From Firmicutes bacterium UBA1874 (GTDB lineage Bacteria; Bacillota; UBA1874): DNA of 57,937 nt. A program made the translations under genes and the position numbers. The stretch is from the NCBI GenBank assembly GCA_002352935.1, contig DDHO01000011.1:1-57937 (forward strand). Reading direction: 5' to 3'. Within the stretch, counting starts at the first letter, position 1. Each line of letters begins with the position of its first letter. The notes below the pieces were generated by a model. That model did no database searches, was not told the DNA's origin, and saw nothing but the letters and a program-made list of their open reading frames with translations. Below, piece by piece: positions 1-8,142 of the stretch.

Positions 1-20
1 GGTTTTGTCAACAGTCTGAA

Positions 21-47
21 GCCACCGTTTTAATCGGTGGCTTTTTT
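21..47 (+). terminator. Rho-independent terminator of a + strand gene lying upstream of the window
   Basis: GCCACCG (21-27) pairs with CGGTGGC (35-41), 7-nt loop, followed by TTTTTT (42-47). Confidence 0.6.
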
Positions 48-51
48 GCGG

Positions 52-624
52 TTAGCTGAACTGCGGTTGGTAATTTTCCCCTATATTTGCTGCCGTGTAA
101 GTACCCATAATCGTGCTTGTAGTTTGATCCTTCATGGTCGGTATCTGGTAAAAACCCTTTTGATGCATGTACTGCCATACTTCGTAAGCCTGCTCCGCAG
201 AGTTGGTAGCTGCTTGTAATATCATTTTCCTTATTTGGGGCTCAGCACATTCCAAAGAAGCTCTCAACTTTAAACAGGCCGAGGCTTTATGGCACCCCAA
301 CATACCGCTGGATACGTCTCTATCATCCATATCGTCGGCTGACAAATTCGGTGACTGGCTGGAAGGGTTATTTAACCCGTAGTTCGGACTGATGTTTCGG
401 GGTTTCCTGTAAGGAGAAATATTAACATTTCCCTGCTGGTTAACTGCCTGGACCATATTATTGTACTCCTGGTTCATAAATTGGAGCTGCCGATCCAGAA
501 TGCCGAGTAGTTCTTGGTCCTTCACATAAGGGCGGTACAGTTGAAATTGATTAATTCCATCAATTGTGTCCGTAAGAACCTCATGAATTTCCATTACCTC
601 ATGAGCACCTAAATTAGCTGCCAT
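52..624 (-). CDS. Spore coat protein, CotF (Coat_F) family
   Basis: N-terminus GAHEVMEIHEVLTDTIDGINQFQLYRPYVKDQELL is typical of the Coat F domain. GGAGGA (636-631) abuts the ATG at 630, so the second ATG at 624 (6-nt spacing) is the likelier start. Confidence 0.8.
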   Translation of the reverse strand: MAANLGAHEVMEIHEVLTDTIDGINQFQLYRPYVKDQELLGILDRQLQFMNQEYNNMVQAVNQQGNVNISPYRKPRNISPNYGLNNPSSQSPNLSADDMDDRDVSSGMLGCHKASACLKLRASLECAEPQIRKMILQAATNSAEQAYEVWQYMHQKGFYQIPTMKDQTTSTIMGTYTAANIGENYQPQFS

Positions 625-803
625 AGCCATTCCTCCTTTAGTTTTATTTCTATTTTTATTTTGCTCTTTTTTTACAAATATATGTAGAAATAGTCGAAAT
701 TACAGGACGTTAAATATTGGCACCTTCAAGCGGAAAATAAAAAATATCAGACATAATTACAAAGCGAAAAAATAAAAGGAATATATAATACTTTAAGAGA
801 ATA

Positions 804-833
804 TATAATTGTAAATGCAAATGTTTGCATTTA
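804..833 (+). promoter_or_regulatory. -10 box plus palindromic Fur-family (Zur) operator in front of the zinc ABC operon
   Basis: TATAAT at 804-809. It is followed directly by TAAATGCAAA-TG-TTTGCATTTA (812-833), a 10-2-10 perfect inverted repeat. A Fur-family regulator gene closes the same operon. Confidence 0.55.
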
Positions 834-860
834 TCTCAAGACAAACGGGGAGGAAAATTA

Positions 861-1724
861 GTGAAAAAACTTGTTATTTATTTAATATTGATGTTTTGCA
901 TCATTTTAGTAATAACAGGTTGCGTCAAGGAGCCCGTTGACAAAAACGTTAAACCGAACGTTTATGACGATAGGGTAACCGTCGCAGTAAGTATCCTGCC
1001 GCAAGCCTACTTCGTAGAAAGTATAGGGGGGGATAAGGTACAGGTTAGCGTGATGATTCCACCCGGTGCTAACCCCGCAACTTACGAACCAACTCCGAGC
1101 CAGTTGAAAAGTCTCAGTGACGCCGATCTATATATTAAAATTGGACATGTTCCCTTTGAAAAAACATGGATGCAAAGACTTATTTCCGCGAATAAGAATA
1201 TGAAAATCATTGATTCTTCCGAAGACATAAATATTATAGAAAATGACCCTCATATCTGGCTGTCCCCGGTCCTGGTTAAAAAACAGGCAAATTCCATATT
1301 TAAGGGACTTGTCGAAATAGACCCGGAAAATAGGGATTATTATGCTCAAAACCTGGCTGCTTTCCTTAAAGAGCTTGATGACCTGGATGCTGAAATAAGA
1401 AATAATCTGTCAGGAGTTGAGAATAAAAAGTTTATGGTCTTTCATCCTTCCTGGGGATATTTTGCACGCGAGTATGGGCTGGAGCAAATTTCCATTGAGG
1501 TTGAAGGAAAAGAACCCAGCGCAGAAGACCTCGTAAAACTGGTGGAAAAAGCAAGGTCAAACAACATTAAGGTTATCTTTGCCTCACCTCAGTTCAGCAG
1601 CAAAAGTGCTCAGGTAATAGCAAAGGAACTAAATGGTAGAGTAATTTTCGTAGACTCTCTTTCCAGGGATTATAAAAACAACCTACGTGTCATATCCGAA
1701 ACCTTCGCTCAGGTTTTAAAATAA
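861..1724 (+). CDS. znuA: Metal (zinc) ABC transporter substrate-binding lipoprotein, ZnuA/TroA family
   Basis: Signal peptide with lipobox (LVITGC). Family motifs DPHIWLSP and FHPSWGYFAREYGL. GTG at 861 lies 7 nt after GGGGAGG, whereas the ORF-track ATG at 825 sits inside the operator. Confidence 0.85.
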   Translation: MKKLVIYLILMFCIILVITGCVKEPVDKNVKPNVYDDRVTVAVSILPQAYFVESIGGDKVQVSVMIPPGANPATYEPTPSQLKSLSDADLYIKIGHVPFEKTWMQRLISANKNMKIIDSSEDINIIENDPHIWLSPVLVKKQANSIFKGLVEIDPENRDYYAQNLAAFLKELDDLDAEIRNNLSGVENKKFMVFHPSWGYFAREYGLEQISIEVEGKEPSAEDLVKLVEKARSNNIKVIFASPQFSSKSAQVIAKELNGRVIFVDSLSRDYKNNLRVISETFAQVLK

Positions 1725-1792
1725 ACAATACTTTATCAATTAAAAATCAATTTAGCTTACAGGATTAACTTTTAAACAAGGCGGTTATTCTT

Positions 1793-2557
1793 ATGGAAGA
1801 TATTTTAAGATTTAAAGACGTTTGGGTTCAGATTAATAACCTTACAATCCTTGAAAACATCAACCTTAGCGTTCAAAAATCAGACTTTTTAGGAATTATC
1901 GGCCCCAACGGCGGGGGGAAAACAATTCTTCTCAAAGTTGCACTGGGGTTTATTAAACCGACAAGGGGAGAAGTGTTCTTTAAGGGACAAAGTCCGGAAA
2001 AAAATCGAAAATACATGGGATACGTCCCTCAATACCCAAATTTTGACCGCGATTTTCCAATAAGTGTTTGGGAAGTAGTATTAACAGGCCGCCTAGGAAA
2101 AACGGGCTTAATAAAACCCATTAAAAAACGCGACAAAGAAATTGTATCCGAGATGTTGGAAAAAGTTGATATGTTAAATTTAAAGGACAGGCAAGTAGGA
2201 AAGCTTTCAGGGGGACAGTTTCAAAGAGTTTTAATTGCCAGAGCCCTGGCAGCAGAACCGGAAATACTTCTTTTGGATGAACCTACAACCGGCATTGACA
2301 GCCGTGTCGAAAAAAATCTTTATGAACTACTTAAAAAACTTAACGAGAAAATACCGATAATTATGGTTTCTCATGATATAGGAGTAATATCTTCTTACGT
2401 AAATAAAATAGCCTGTTTAAACAGGCTTCTCCATTATCACAGCACTAAAGAAATAACTAAAGACATGCTGGAAGCAACTTATAAGTGCCCGGTAGAACTA
2501 ATTGCCCACGGTTTGCCTCATAGAGTACTGAACAAGCACACGGAGGAAAGCAGGTGA
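1793..2557 (+). CDS. znuC: Metal ABC transporter ATP-binding protein
   Basis: Walker A GPNGGGKT, ABC signature LSGGQFQR, Walker B LLLDEP. Confidence 0.88.
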   Translation: MEDILRFKDVWVQINNLTILENINLSVQKSDFLGIIGPNGGGKTILLKVALGFIKPTRGEVFFKGQSPEKNRKYMGYVPQYPNFDRDFPISVWEVVLTGRLGKTGLIKPIKKRDKEIVSEMLEKVDMLNLKDRQVGKLSGGQFQRVLIARALAAEPEILLLDEPTTGIDSRVEKNLYELLKKLNEKIPIIMVSHDIGVISSYVNKIACLNRLLHYHSTKEITKDMLEATYKCPVELIAHGLPHRVLNKHTEESR

Positions 2558-2563
2558 CAGGCC

Positions 2564-3382
2564 ATGTTGGAAGCACTACAATATGAATTCATAAGAAATG
2601 CACTTCTAACCGGACTGCTGGCCAGCATCGCCTGCGGTATTGTGGGTTCCTTTGTAGTGGTTAAAAGAATCGTGTTTATAAGCGGGGGTATATCACATAG
2701 TGCTTACGGCGGCATAGGACTTGGTTATTTTTTAGGAATGAACCCTATATTGGGAGCAATATTATTTAGCCTTGCAGGCGCACTCACTATCGGGGCAGTA
2801 AGCAAAAAAGCAGGACAGAGAGAAGATTCCTTAATTGGGGTAATGTGGGCAATTGGAATGGCACTGGGAGTAGTATTCATCGGCCTTACCCCGGGTTACG
2901 TTGCCGATCTTTTCAGTTATCTTTTTGGCAGCATTCTTGCAGTACCCAATACGGATATTTACATCATGCTCGTTCTGGATGTGATCATCGTTATCTTAGT
3001 GCTTTTGCTTTTCAAAGGGTTATTAGCTCTTTGCTTTGATGAAGAGTTCGCAGCCCTGGTCTGCCCTTCCAAAATACTGTACCTCGTACTTTTGTGTTTA
3101 ATTGCACTTACGGTAGTGACATTGATCAGAGTAGTAGGAGTAATTTTAGTAATTGCTATGCTAACAATCCCAGCCAGCATTAGCATACAGTTTACAAGCA
3201 GTTTAAAGAAAATGATGCTCATGTCCGTATTGCTGGGTATCTTTTTTTCTACTCTAGGGCTGTGGATTTCCTATACTTTTGACATTGCATCCGGAGCTAC
3301 CATCATTCTGGTTTCCGGAATTAGTTATATCCTTTCTCTCTGTTTTAAGCCCCTAAACAAATTTCGGCACGGGCAAAATTAG
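2564..3382 (+). CDS. znuB: Metal ABC transporter permease (ABC-3 family)
   Basis: Polytopic membrane protein with the ZnuB/TroCD-like sequence pattern. Third gene of the operon. Confidence 0.85.
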   Translation: MLEALQYEFIRNALLTGLLASIACGIVGSFVVVKRIVFISGGISHSAYGGIGLGYFLGMNPILGAILFSLAGALTIGAVSKKAGQREDSLIGVMWAIGMALGVVFIGLTPGYVADLFSYLFGSILAVPNTDIYIMLVLDVIIVILVLLLFKGLLALCFDEEFAALVCPSKILYLVLLCLIALTVVTLIRVVGVILVIAMLTIPASISIQFTSSLKKMMLMSVLLGIFFSTLGLWISYTFDIASGATIILVSGISYILSLCFKPLNKFRHGQN

Positions 3383-3450
3383 GTTTTTACAGTTAAGAAG
3401 AAGGAACTTTAAAACATCAGTAAAATATATGTATTTGAAGGGGAGTTTTT

Positions 3451-3882
3451 ATGCCTAAAAAAACAACTGACCTTGAGAAACATTTGTCAAAACAAGGTTA
3501 TAAATTGACCGAAACACGAAAGAGTATCTTAGCAGCATTAAATAAATTTAATACGCGCTGGGTAACGGCTCAGCAGTTATTTGAAATTGTCGCCCCGAAA
3601 TGCAAAAAAATTAACATTTCCACCGTTTACCGCAATTTAGAGTTGTTAACAGGCAAAGGTATTCTTTGTAAAATCAAAAAAAGTAAAGGCACCAGCTTTT
3701 ATATCCTAAATAGAGAAAACACCCACCATCACCATTTAATATGCAAGTCATGCGGAAAAACATGCAAGATTAGTTTTTGCCCTCTTAGGGCAATGGACCA
3801 AGACGAATTTCAGGACTTTAACGTTGAAGAACATAGGTTTGAAATTTTCGGTTACTGTAAAAATTGTCACGAAAAAAAGTAA
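3451..3882 (+). CDS. zur: Fur family transcriptional regulator, probably Zur
   Basis: Winged-helix N-terminus (ISTVYRNLELL), HHHHLICKSCG and CKNCH metal sites. Last gene of the znu operon. Confidence 0.78.
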   Translation: MPKKTTDLEKHLSKQGYKLTETRKSILAALNKFNTRWVTAQQLFEIVAPKCKKINISTVYRNLELLTGKGILCKIKKSKGTSFYILNRENTHHHHLICKSCGKTCKISFCPLRAMDQDEFQDFNVEEHRFEIFGYCKNCHEKK

Positions 3883-4054
3883 GCCCAGCAGGAAGGAATC
3901 TTTACCCTTAAAGGAGGCCAATATTAAAAAGTTTTTAAAGCTTTACTCTGGCAATATATGCCAGCCTATGCAATCCTGTAAAACCTTTTTTAATCCCAAC
4001 TGCATTACAAATTGCCATTACTGCATTACAGGCTGCCTTAAAAAGGCGGTCTTT

Positions 4055-4420
4055 TTATTTCCCTTCAGGCCAGATGGCCAGGACGTTGCATCGATGCCTC
4101 CTGCTCTTTGGAGCAACTCCCCGCATTCCCTCGCAGGCTTTAACAAAATTCTGCACGTCTTCTCCCGTAAAAGACGGAATCCTTTCCTTCACCATGGTAT
4201 ATCTTTCAATATTATTGGGGACAGTTCGCCATACATCACTGGCTACTTTGAAGCCTTCGGGCAGCCTGTTGGAAAAAACCATGTCCAGGCACACGATTCC
4301 TTTCTGGCGTTTAATAGCAGCAGGACGATAATTCCCCAGCAAAAAAGTAATCCTGTCCTTGCCCAGCCGAACCCCACAGCAGAACAGCAGCGTTTCTTTC
4401 AACCAAAAACAAAAACGCAA
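4055..4420 (-). CDS. Hypothetical protein / possible gene relic
   Basis: The only protein-like frame in 3.9-4.5 kb, with no recognisable family. Its annotated start lies inside the terminator of the upstream gene, so expression is doubtful. Confidence 0.2.
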   Translation of the reverse strand: MRFCFWLKETLLFCCGVRLGKDRITFLLGNYRPAAIKRQKGIVCLDMVFSNRLPEGFKVASDVWRTVPNNIERYTMVKERIPSFTGEDVQNFVKACEGMRGVAPKSRRHRCNVLAIWPEGK

Positions 4421-4449
4421 AAGAGCACTGACTTACGCGGTGCTCTTTT
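4405..4449 (-). terminator. Rho-independent (bidirectional-looking) terminator after the 336-aa gene
   Basis: AAAAGAGCAC (4419-4428) pairs with GTGCTCTTTT (4440-4449), 11-nt loop. On the minus strand it is followed by GCGTTTTTGTTTTTGG. Confidence 0.6.
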
Positions 4450-4509
4450 GTTTTGGCCTGGCAGAAAAACCCTAAGATTTAGGCTTTGGATTTTAATCAG
4501 CGCTAACTC

Positions 4510-5520
4510 TTACTGGTTAATGTAATCTTTCACTGATATAATTTCGGGCATCTCTTCATCCGGTTCGTCCAGATCATTTTCCCAGCAGACAATAAAGTCG
4601 CAACCGTCTTTAGGGTGCCCGTGGTGGATGAAATCGCTGGCCATTACCTCGAATTCAATAGTCTTAATTTCCCTGTTTTTGTTTATCACCACGCAGTCAG
4701 GAAACGCTGTTTGTAATTTCAGCACATAAGGGAAGCCCAGGTCGCGGTGAAGTACAGAGAACAGGTATACTACCTCCTGCTCACATTTGGGCTGAAATAA
4801 AGCCCCCAGGGAGTGGAGCGGCTCCATTTTTGTCCTTCTTGTTAAGGCAGGCAATCTCTGCGGAGGGTAAGTTTCATAAAGAAACCTCGTCAGTAATAAC
4901 GTGTCATATATGCTGGTTTCTGCTTCCTGGTACTGAAATGCAGCAAACAGCACATCGTTAAGCAGTTCACACTTCTGTCCCGTGGAAAGCGTGTTATAGC
5001 TTTTCCCGTACTTGTTAAGTGCTCCTTGGGCATAATCTGCCTGCAGGCAATTGGCGAAATGCTCGAGGTGGTCAGTCTTGAAAACGGGGAGCATCTTTTC
5101 CGGGTTATAGCAGAAAATTATTTTCTTTGCTACCAGCTTATCTCCACCAAAGCCACGGATGCTCTCCCACGGAGCGTTTATTTTTTCCGCAATGTTTAAA
5201 GCAGGGTCGACAGCTGTTTTAAGCAGCTGCTTGAATTTATCGGAGTTCTCCCTGGCGGATTCGGCATAAAGCGAACTCCCCACAGAAATGCGGCCCAGGT
5301 TTTTCAGCTTAAATTCGATCCAGGCTATGAAATAATCCTGGACCCCAGGGTTATAAATTCTTTCGGGTGTGAGCTCGTCAATTTTTTCCGGGTGCTCCCG
5401 AAAAGGATACCGTTTCAAAAATTCATTATAAAGTCCTATAGCGCCTTCAAGATAATCTTTATGTTCCTTTTCAAACTCCTTTAACTTCTCATTCAGGCTA
5501 TATTCTGAGTAGGCGGCCAT
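4510..5520 (-). CDS. Uncharacterised 336-aa protein with a C-terminal PD-(D/E)xK-like (restriction-endonuclease-like) domain
   Basis: Strong SD (GGAAGGAG, 8 nt before the ATG). The C-terminal segment EQEVVYLFSVLHRDLGF..FPDCVV..IEFEV..HHGH..CDFIVCWEND resembles an E..D..ExE/K nuclease core. The N-terminal 230 aa are unassigned. Confidence 0.7.
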   Translation of the reverse strand: MAAYSEYSLNEKLKEFEKEHKDYLEGAIGLYNEFLKRYPFREHPEKIDELTPERIYNPGVQDYFIAWIEFKLKNLGRISVGSSLYAESARENSDKFKQLLKTAVDPALNIAEKINAPWESIRGFGGDKLVAKKIIFCYNPEKMLPVFKTDHLEHFANCLQADYAQGALNKYGKSYNTLSTGQKCELLNDVLFAAFQYQEAETSIYDTLLLTRFLYETYPPQRLPALTRRTKMEPLHSLGALFQPKCEQEVVYLFSVLHRDLGFPYVLKLQTAFPDCVVINKNREIKTIEFEVMASDFIHHGHPKDGCDFIVCWENDLDEPDEEMPEIISVKDYINQ

Positions 5521-5541
5521 GGGCGGTACTCCTTCCTTTTT

Positions 5542-5739
5542 TTATTGCCCTTTTTCCCTTTTATCTTCCGGCCTATGCTCCAGCAAGTCCCCCGGCTGGC
5601 AGTTCAAGGCGGAGCATAATTTATCCAGGACTTCAAAGGTTACGCCCTTAGCCCTCTCGTGGTAAAGGGACAGGACGGTGTTCTTAGCGATTTCGGCCTC
5701 CTCGGCCAGCTGGCTCATCTTTATCCTGCGCTCGCCCAA
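5542..5739 (-). CDS. XRE (Cro/CI) family helix-turn-helix regulator, 5' end apparently frameshifted
   Basis: MSQLAEEAEIAKNTVLSLYHERAKGVTFEVLDKLCSALNCQPGDLLE is a canonical HTH_XRE. The SD-preceded ATG at 5767 is 1 nt out of frame (see findings). Confidence 0.7.
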   Translation of the reverse strand: MGERRIKMSQLAEEAEIAKNTVLSLYHERAKGVTFEVLDKLCSALNCQPGDLLEHRPEDKREKGQ

Positions 5740-5858
5740 GATGCGGTTTAGGTGTTTTTATTGCCATATTATGTCTCCTCCAACGTTTAAAAATATTAAA
5801 GACTCCTCTCACCCATTTTAACAACTTTGAGACTATAGCGTAACATGCTAATCTTTTA

Positions 5859-5893
5859 ACGTCCGATAGTTATATGTTATCACTGACAACATA
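5859..5893. promoter_or_regulatory. Composite inverted repeat, candidate operator of the XRE cassette
   Basis: GTTAT-at-GTTAT-cactgacaac-ATAAC-cag-ATAAC, located 90-125 bp upstream of the XRE start. Confidence 0.35.
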
Positions 5894-6127
5894 ACCAGAT
5901 AACATTAAAATAATATCAGGATACCTATATAACAGCTTAATATGCCGAACCTATAAGGAAGCCGTGCAATGGACGGAAAGAGTACAGTTAAGACTGTTTA
6001 CCGTAAACTTTTAGAAGCTGCCAAAGAAGCAGGGATACTGGTCGAGGACGGCGCAGGAAAGCATTTAACAGGGGAGCAGTCGCATAATAGGATAACTAAA
6101 TAACTATATAACTATCGTCAAGGTTTC

Positions 6128-6319
6128 TTAATGAGTCCACTCTATTATTAGTATCTCAGGGTTAACCTGCTTTTTAATTGCATTTTTAATGTTTTCAAAA
6201 TTGGGGCAAGGATACCCAATCGGGTTAAAATCCGTATTTCCCGGACACATATCTTCTGTCTGTTGACAACGTATTATTCCTACCTTCATAATCGAAAAAT
6301 ATCCAACTTCCATACTCAT
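6128..6319 (-). CDS. CGGC-domain-like protein, shortened (central CGGC segment missing); possible relic
   Basis: MKVGIIRCQQTEDMCPG matches the N-terminus of CGGC-domain proteins and PCPNFENIKNAIKK..TH matches their C-terminus. Only 63 aa remain of the usual roughly 120 aa. Confidence 0.4.
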   Translation of the reverse strand: MSMEVGYFSIMKVGIIRCQQTEDMCPGNTDFNPIGYPCPNFENIKNAIKKQVNPEILIIEWTH

Positions 6320-6659
6320 ATTTGTAGCTCTCTTCAGGTATTATTGCTCACTGTTCCGAAATTAGGAAAAATATAATTTAGCTGTCCTCAAGCCAGAAAA
6401 ATGGGAGAGGAGAAAAGAATTTTTCCCATGCGAGGACTATAACGAAAAGGGCAAAAGTTCCCCCGATTTCCGAAAGCAAGCCGGGAAGAGGGTATCAGGC
6501 TGGGCTGAAAATATAAAATCCCGGCCCACGTTACATTTTTGTTTGGAGGTTTACCACACGGCAAAGTTGTAAATTACTCGCTGTCATGTTACAAAAAATT
6601 TGAAGTTAAGTTTGGGCAGTAAACAGCCTGCTCGTTTTAATGAGTGCTGCTTAAGGAGG

Positions 6660-7358
6660 TTAATGAGACAACTTTTTCCCAGAGATTGCTACAAAACCCC
6701 CTTCACCGTAACCACCCTTTACCGGTTCAACGGTAGTTATTTCCCCTAATGATTTAAATAGTGTTTGATAGAGCTGGATGCTTGTAAAGTCTAGCTTGTT
6801 TAACCATTTCAGTATGTCCTCAACCGCATAAAAAGTAACGTATTTATAAAATTCGCTTTTTTCCGATTTTGCCGCAAGACTTTTTCCCAGCTTGCTGTTT
6901 TTATCGATCAAGCCGATTATTAAAATTCCACCAGGGCGAAGAACCCTTCTTGCTTCTTGTAGGGCTTTAAAAGGGTCCTGAAGAAAGCAAATCGTTGTAA
7001 CTATGGCTGCGTAGTCAAAAGTGTTCTCTGGAAAAGGCAGTTCTTCTGCCACAGCCTTATATACTGTAATTCCTCTTTTTTCTGCAAGTTCCGCCATGGA
7101 TCCGGCGGGCTCAACACCTTCCTTAATGCCAAAAGGTTTCGCAAACCTCCCCGTCCCCACCCCTATTTCCAACCCCCTTCCTTTTGGAGGGACGAACCTA
7201 CTAAGAGCCGCTATCTCGGATTGATATATTAAAGGGTAATTATCAAACCATTCGTCGTATTTTTGAGCATTGCCTTCAAATACCAGTATGGTTTTCATTT
7301 TTTTTCCTTCTTTACTGATTGATTTAAGCCTTTCCGGTACAAAGCTCAAATTACTCAT
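6660..7358 (-). CDS. Class I SAM-dependent methyltransferase
   Basis: Motif I GLEIGVGTGRF and post-I/II pattern (LRPGGILIIG). An alternative start, MKTILVF at 7298, has a GAAGGA SD. Confidence 0.8.
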   Translation of the reverse strand: MSNLSFVPERLKSISKEGKKMKTILVFEGNAQKYDEWFDNYPLIYQSEIAALSRFVPPKGRGLEIGVGTGRFAKPFGIKEGVEPAGSMAELAEKRGITVYKAVAEELPFPENTFDYAAIVTTICFLQDPFKALQEARRVLRPGGILIIGLIDKNSKLGKSLAAKSEKSEFYKYVTFYAVEDILKWLNKLDFTSIQLYQTLFKSLGEITTVEPVKGGYGEGGFVAISGKKLSH

Positions 7359-7360
7359 TT

Positions 7361-7669
7361 TTAAATCAGTTCCCCAAACTGTTTAATCCACCAATCACAG
7401 TAAGACCTATCTACATTAAACGATTGATCGGGAGATATGTTAAGATCGTTTTCACATAAAACATAACAGTGATTATTTTTCGGGTTAGTCAGGACTTCGT
7501 ATGCTTCTGAAATTAACTTGAACATGTAGATTTTGCTTTCATCATTGCCATTCAAGTCAGGGTGGTAGTTTTTGGCTAAACGATAATAAGCAAGCCGGAT
7601 TTCTTTTTCTTCCGCATTTTCAGTTACGCCAAGAATTTCACTTGCCTTCTTTTTAATTTGAATTATCAT
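7361..7669 (-). CDS. J-domain (DnaJ-like) protein
   Basis: ILGV..EEKEIRLAYYRLAKNYHPDLNG carries the HPD motif. No DnaJ zinc-finger or C-terminal domains. Confidence 0.75.
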   Translation of the reverse strand: MIIQIKKKASEILGVTENAEEKEIRLAYYRLAKNYHPDLNGNDESKIYMFKLISEAYEVLTNPKNNHCYVLCENDLNISPDQSFNVDRSYCDWWIKQFGELI

Positions 7670-7870
7670 TTTAAATCACCACACCAGATTGCTGTAATGA
7701 TAAAAATTACCATCTTTTCTTGTTCCGGGTTCCATTTAAGTGGATATCCACCTTTAACTTACTAACAATGGCAGAGAGTAATATGAAAGTAACACATTCT
7801 AAAATTTTTTAATCCCTGCTGCTATGTACTTGAATTTGGGCTTTTTGGGATTTATTTCTGCATGCTTCTT

Positions 7871-8095
7871 TCACAATGGATGAAAAGGGTTTCTTCCGCC
7901 TTGTGTCATAGTACTGGTATGAGTATGTGGGAGTCCCTGCCTGTTATAAGTATAAATGGGGTAATCTGAATCAAGTTTTTCTACAGGTAACCTGTAATCA
8001 GCTGGCATGAACTGGGAAAACTGCTCAATGGAAAATTCTATTCCCGGATGTACTTCGTCTGGATATGGCCATTTTAAAATTCCTTCTTTTCTTCG
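7871..8095 (-). pseudogene. Relic of a molybdopterin oxidoreductase / formate dehydrogenase alpha subunit gene
   Basis: Start-less frame EGILKWPYPDEVHPG..PADYRLPVEKLDSDYPIYTYNRQGLPHTHTSTMTQGG. It matches the FdhA region GIQWPCP..HPG..PPxExPDeEYPlxLtTGRxxxHxHTGTMTRR. No start codon, and stops flank it. Confidence 0.5.
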
Positions 8096-8142
8096 TTAAC
8101 CAGGTTTTCTTCAATGAAGTATATTTTTTCTTGGTCAGCTTG

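Noticed and set aside
4000-4030. 10-bp direct repeat CTGCATTACA (4000-4009 and 4021-4030) downstream of zur.
   Set aside because: Only two short copies, with no associated inverted repeat or mobile-element gene. It may be chance, or part of a weak zur terminator region (CTGCC..GGCGG+T-run at about 4033-4058).
3824-4525. 233-aa + strand ORF running from inside zur across the 3.9-4.5 kb gap.
   Set aside because: It overlaps the zur coding end and has a low-complexity, Pro/Ser/Phe-rich, unprotein-like composition. It has no SD and crosses a strong hairpin terminator. It is most likely a chance open frame.
5969-6103. 44-aa + strand ORF (MDGKSTVKTVYRKLLEAAKEAGILVEDG...) with a weak AAGGAAG SD.
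   Set aside because: Too short, with no recognisable family. It may be another gene fragment in the decaying region, and there is not enough evidence to call it.
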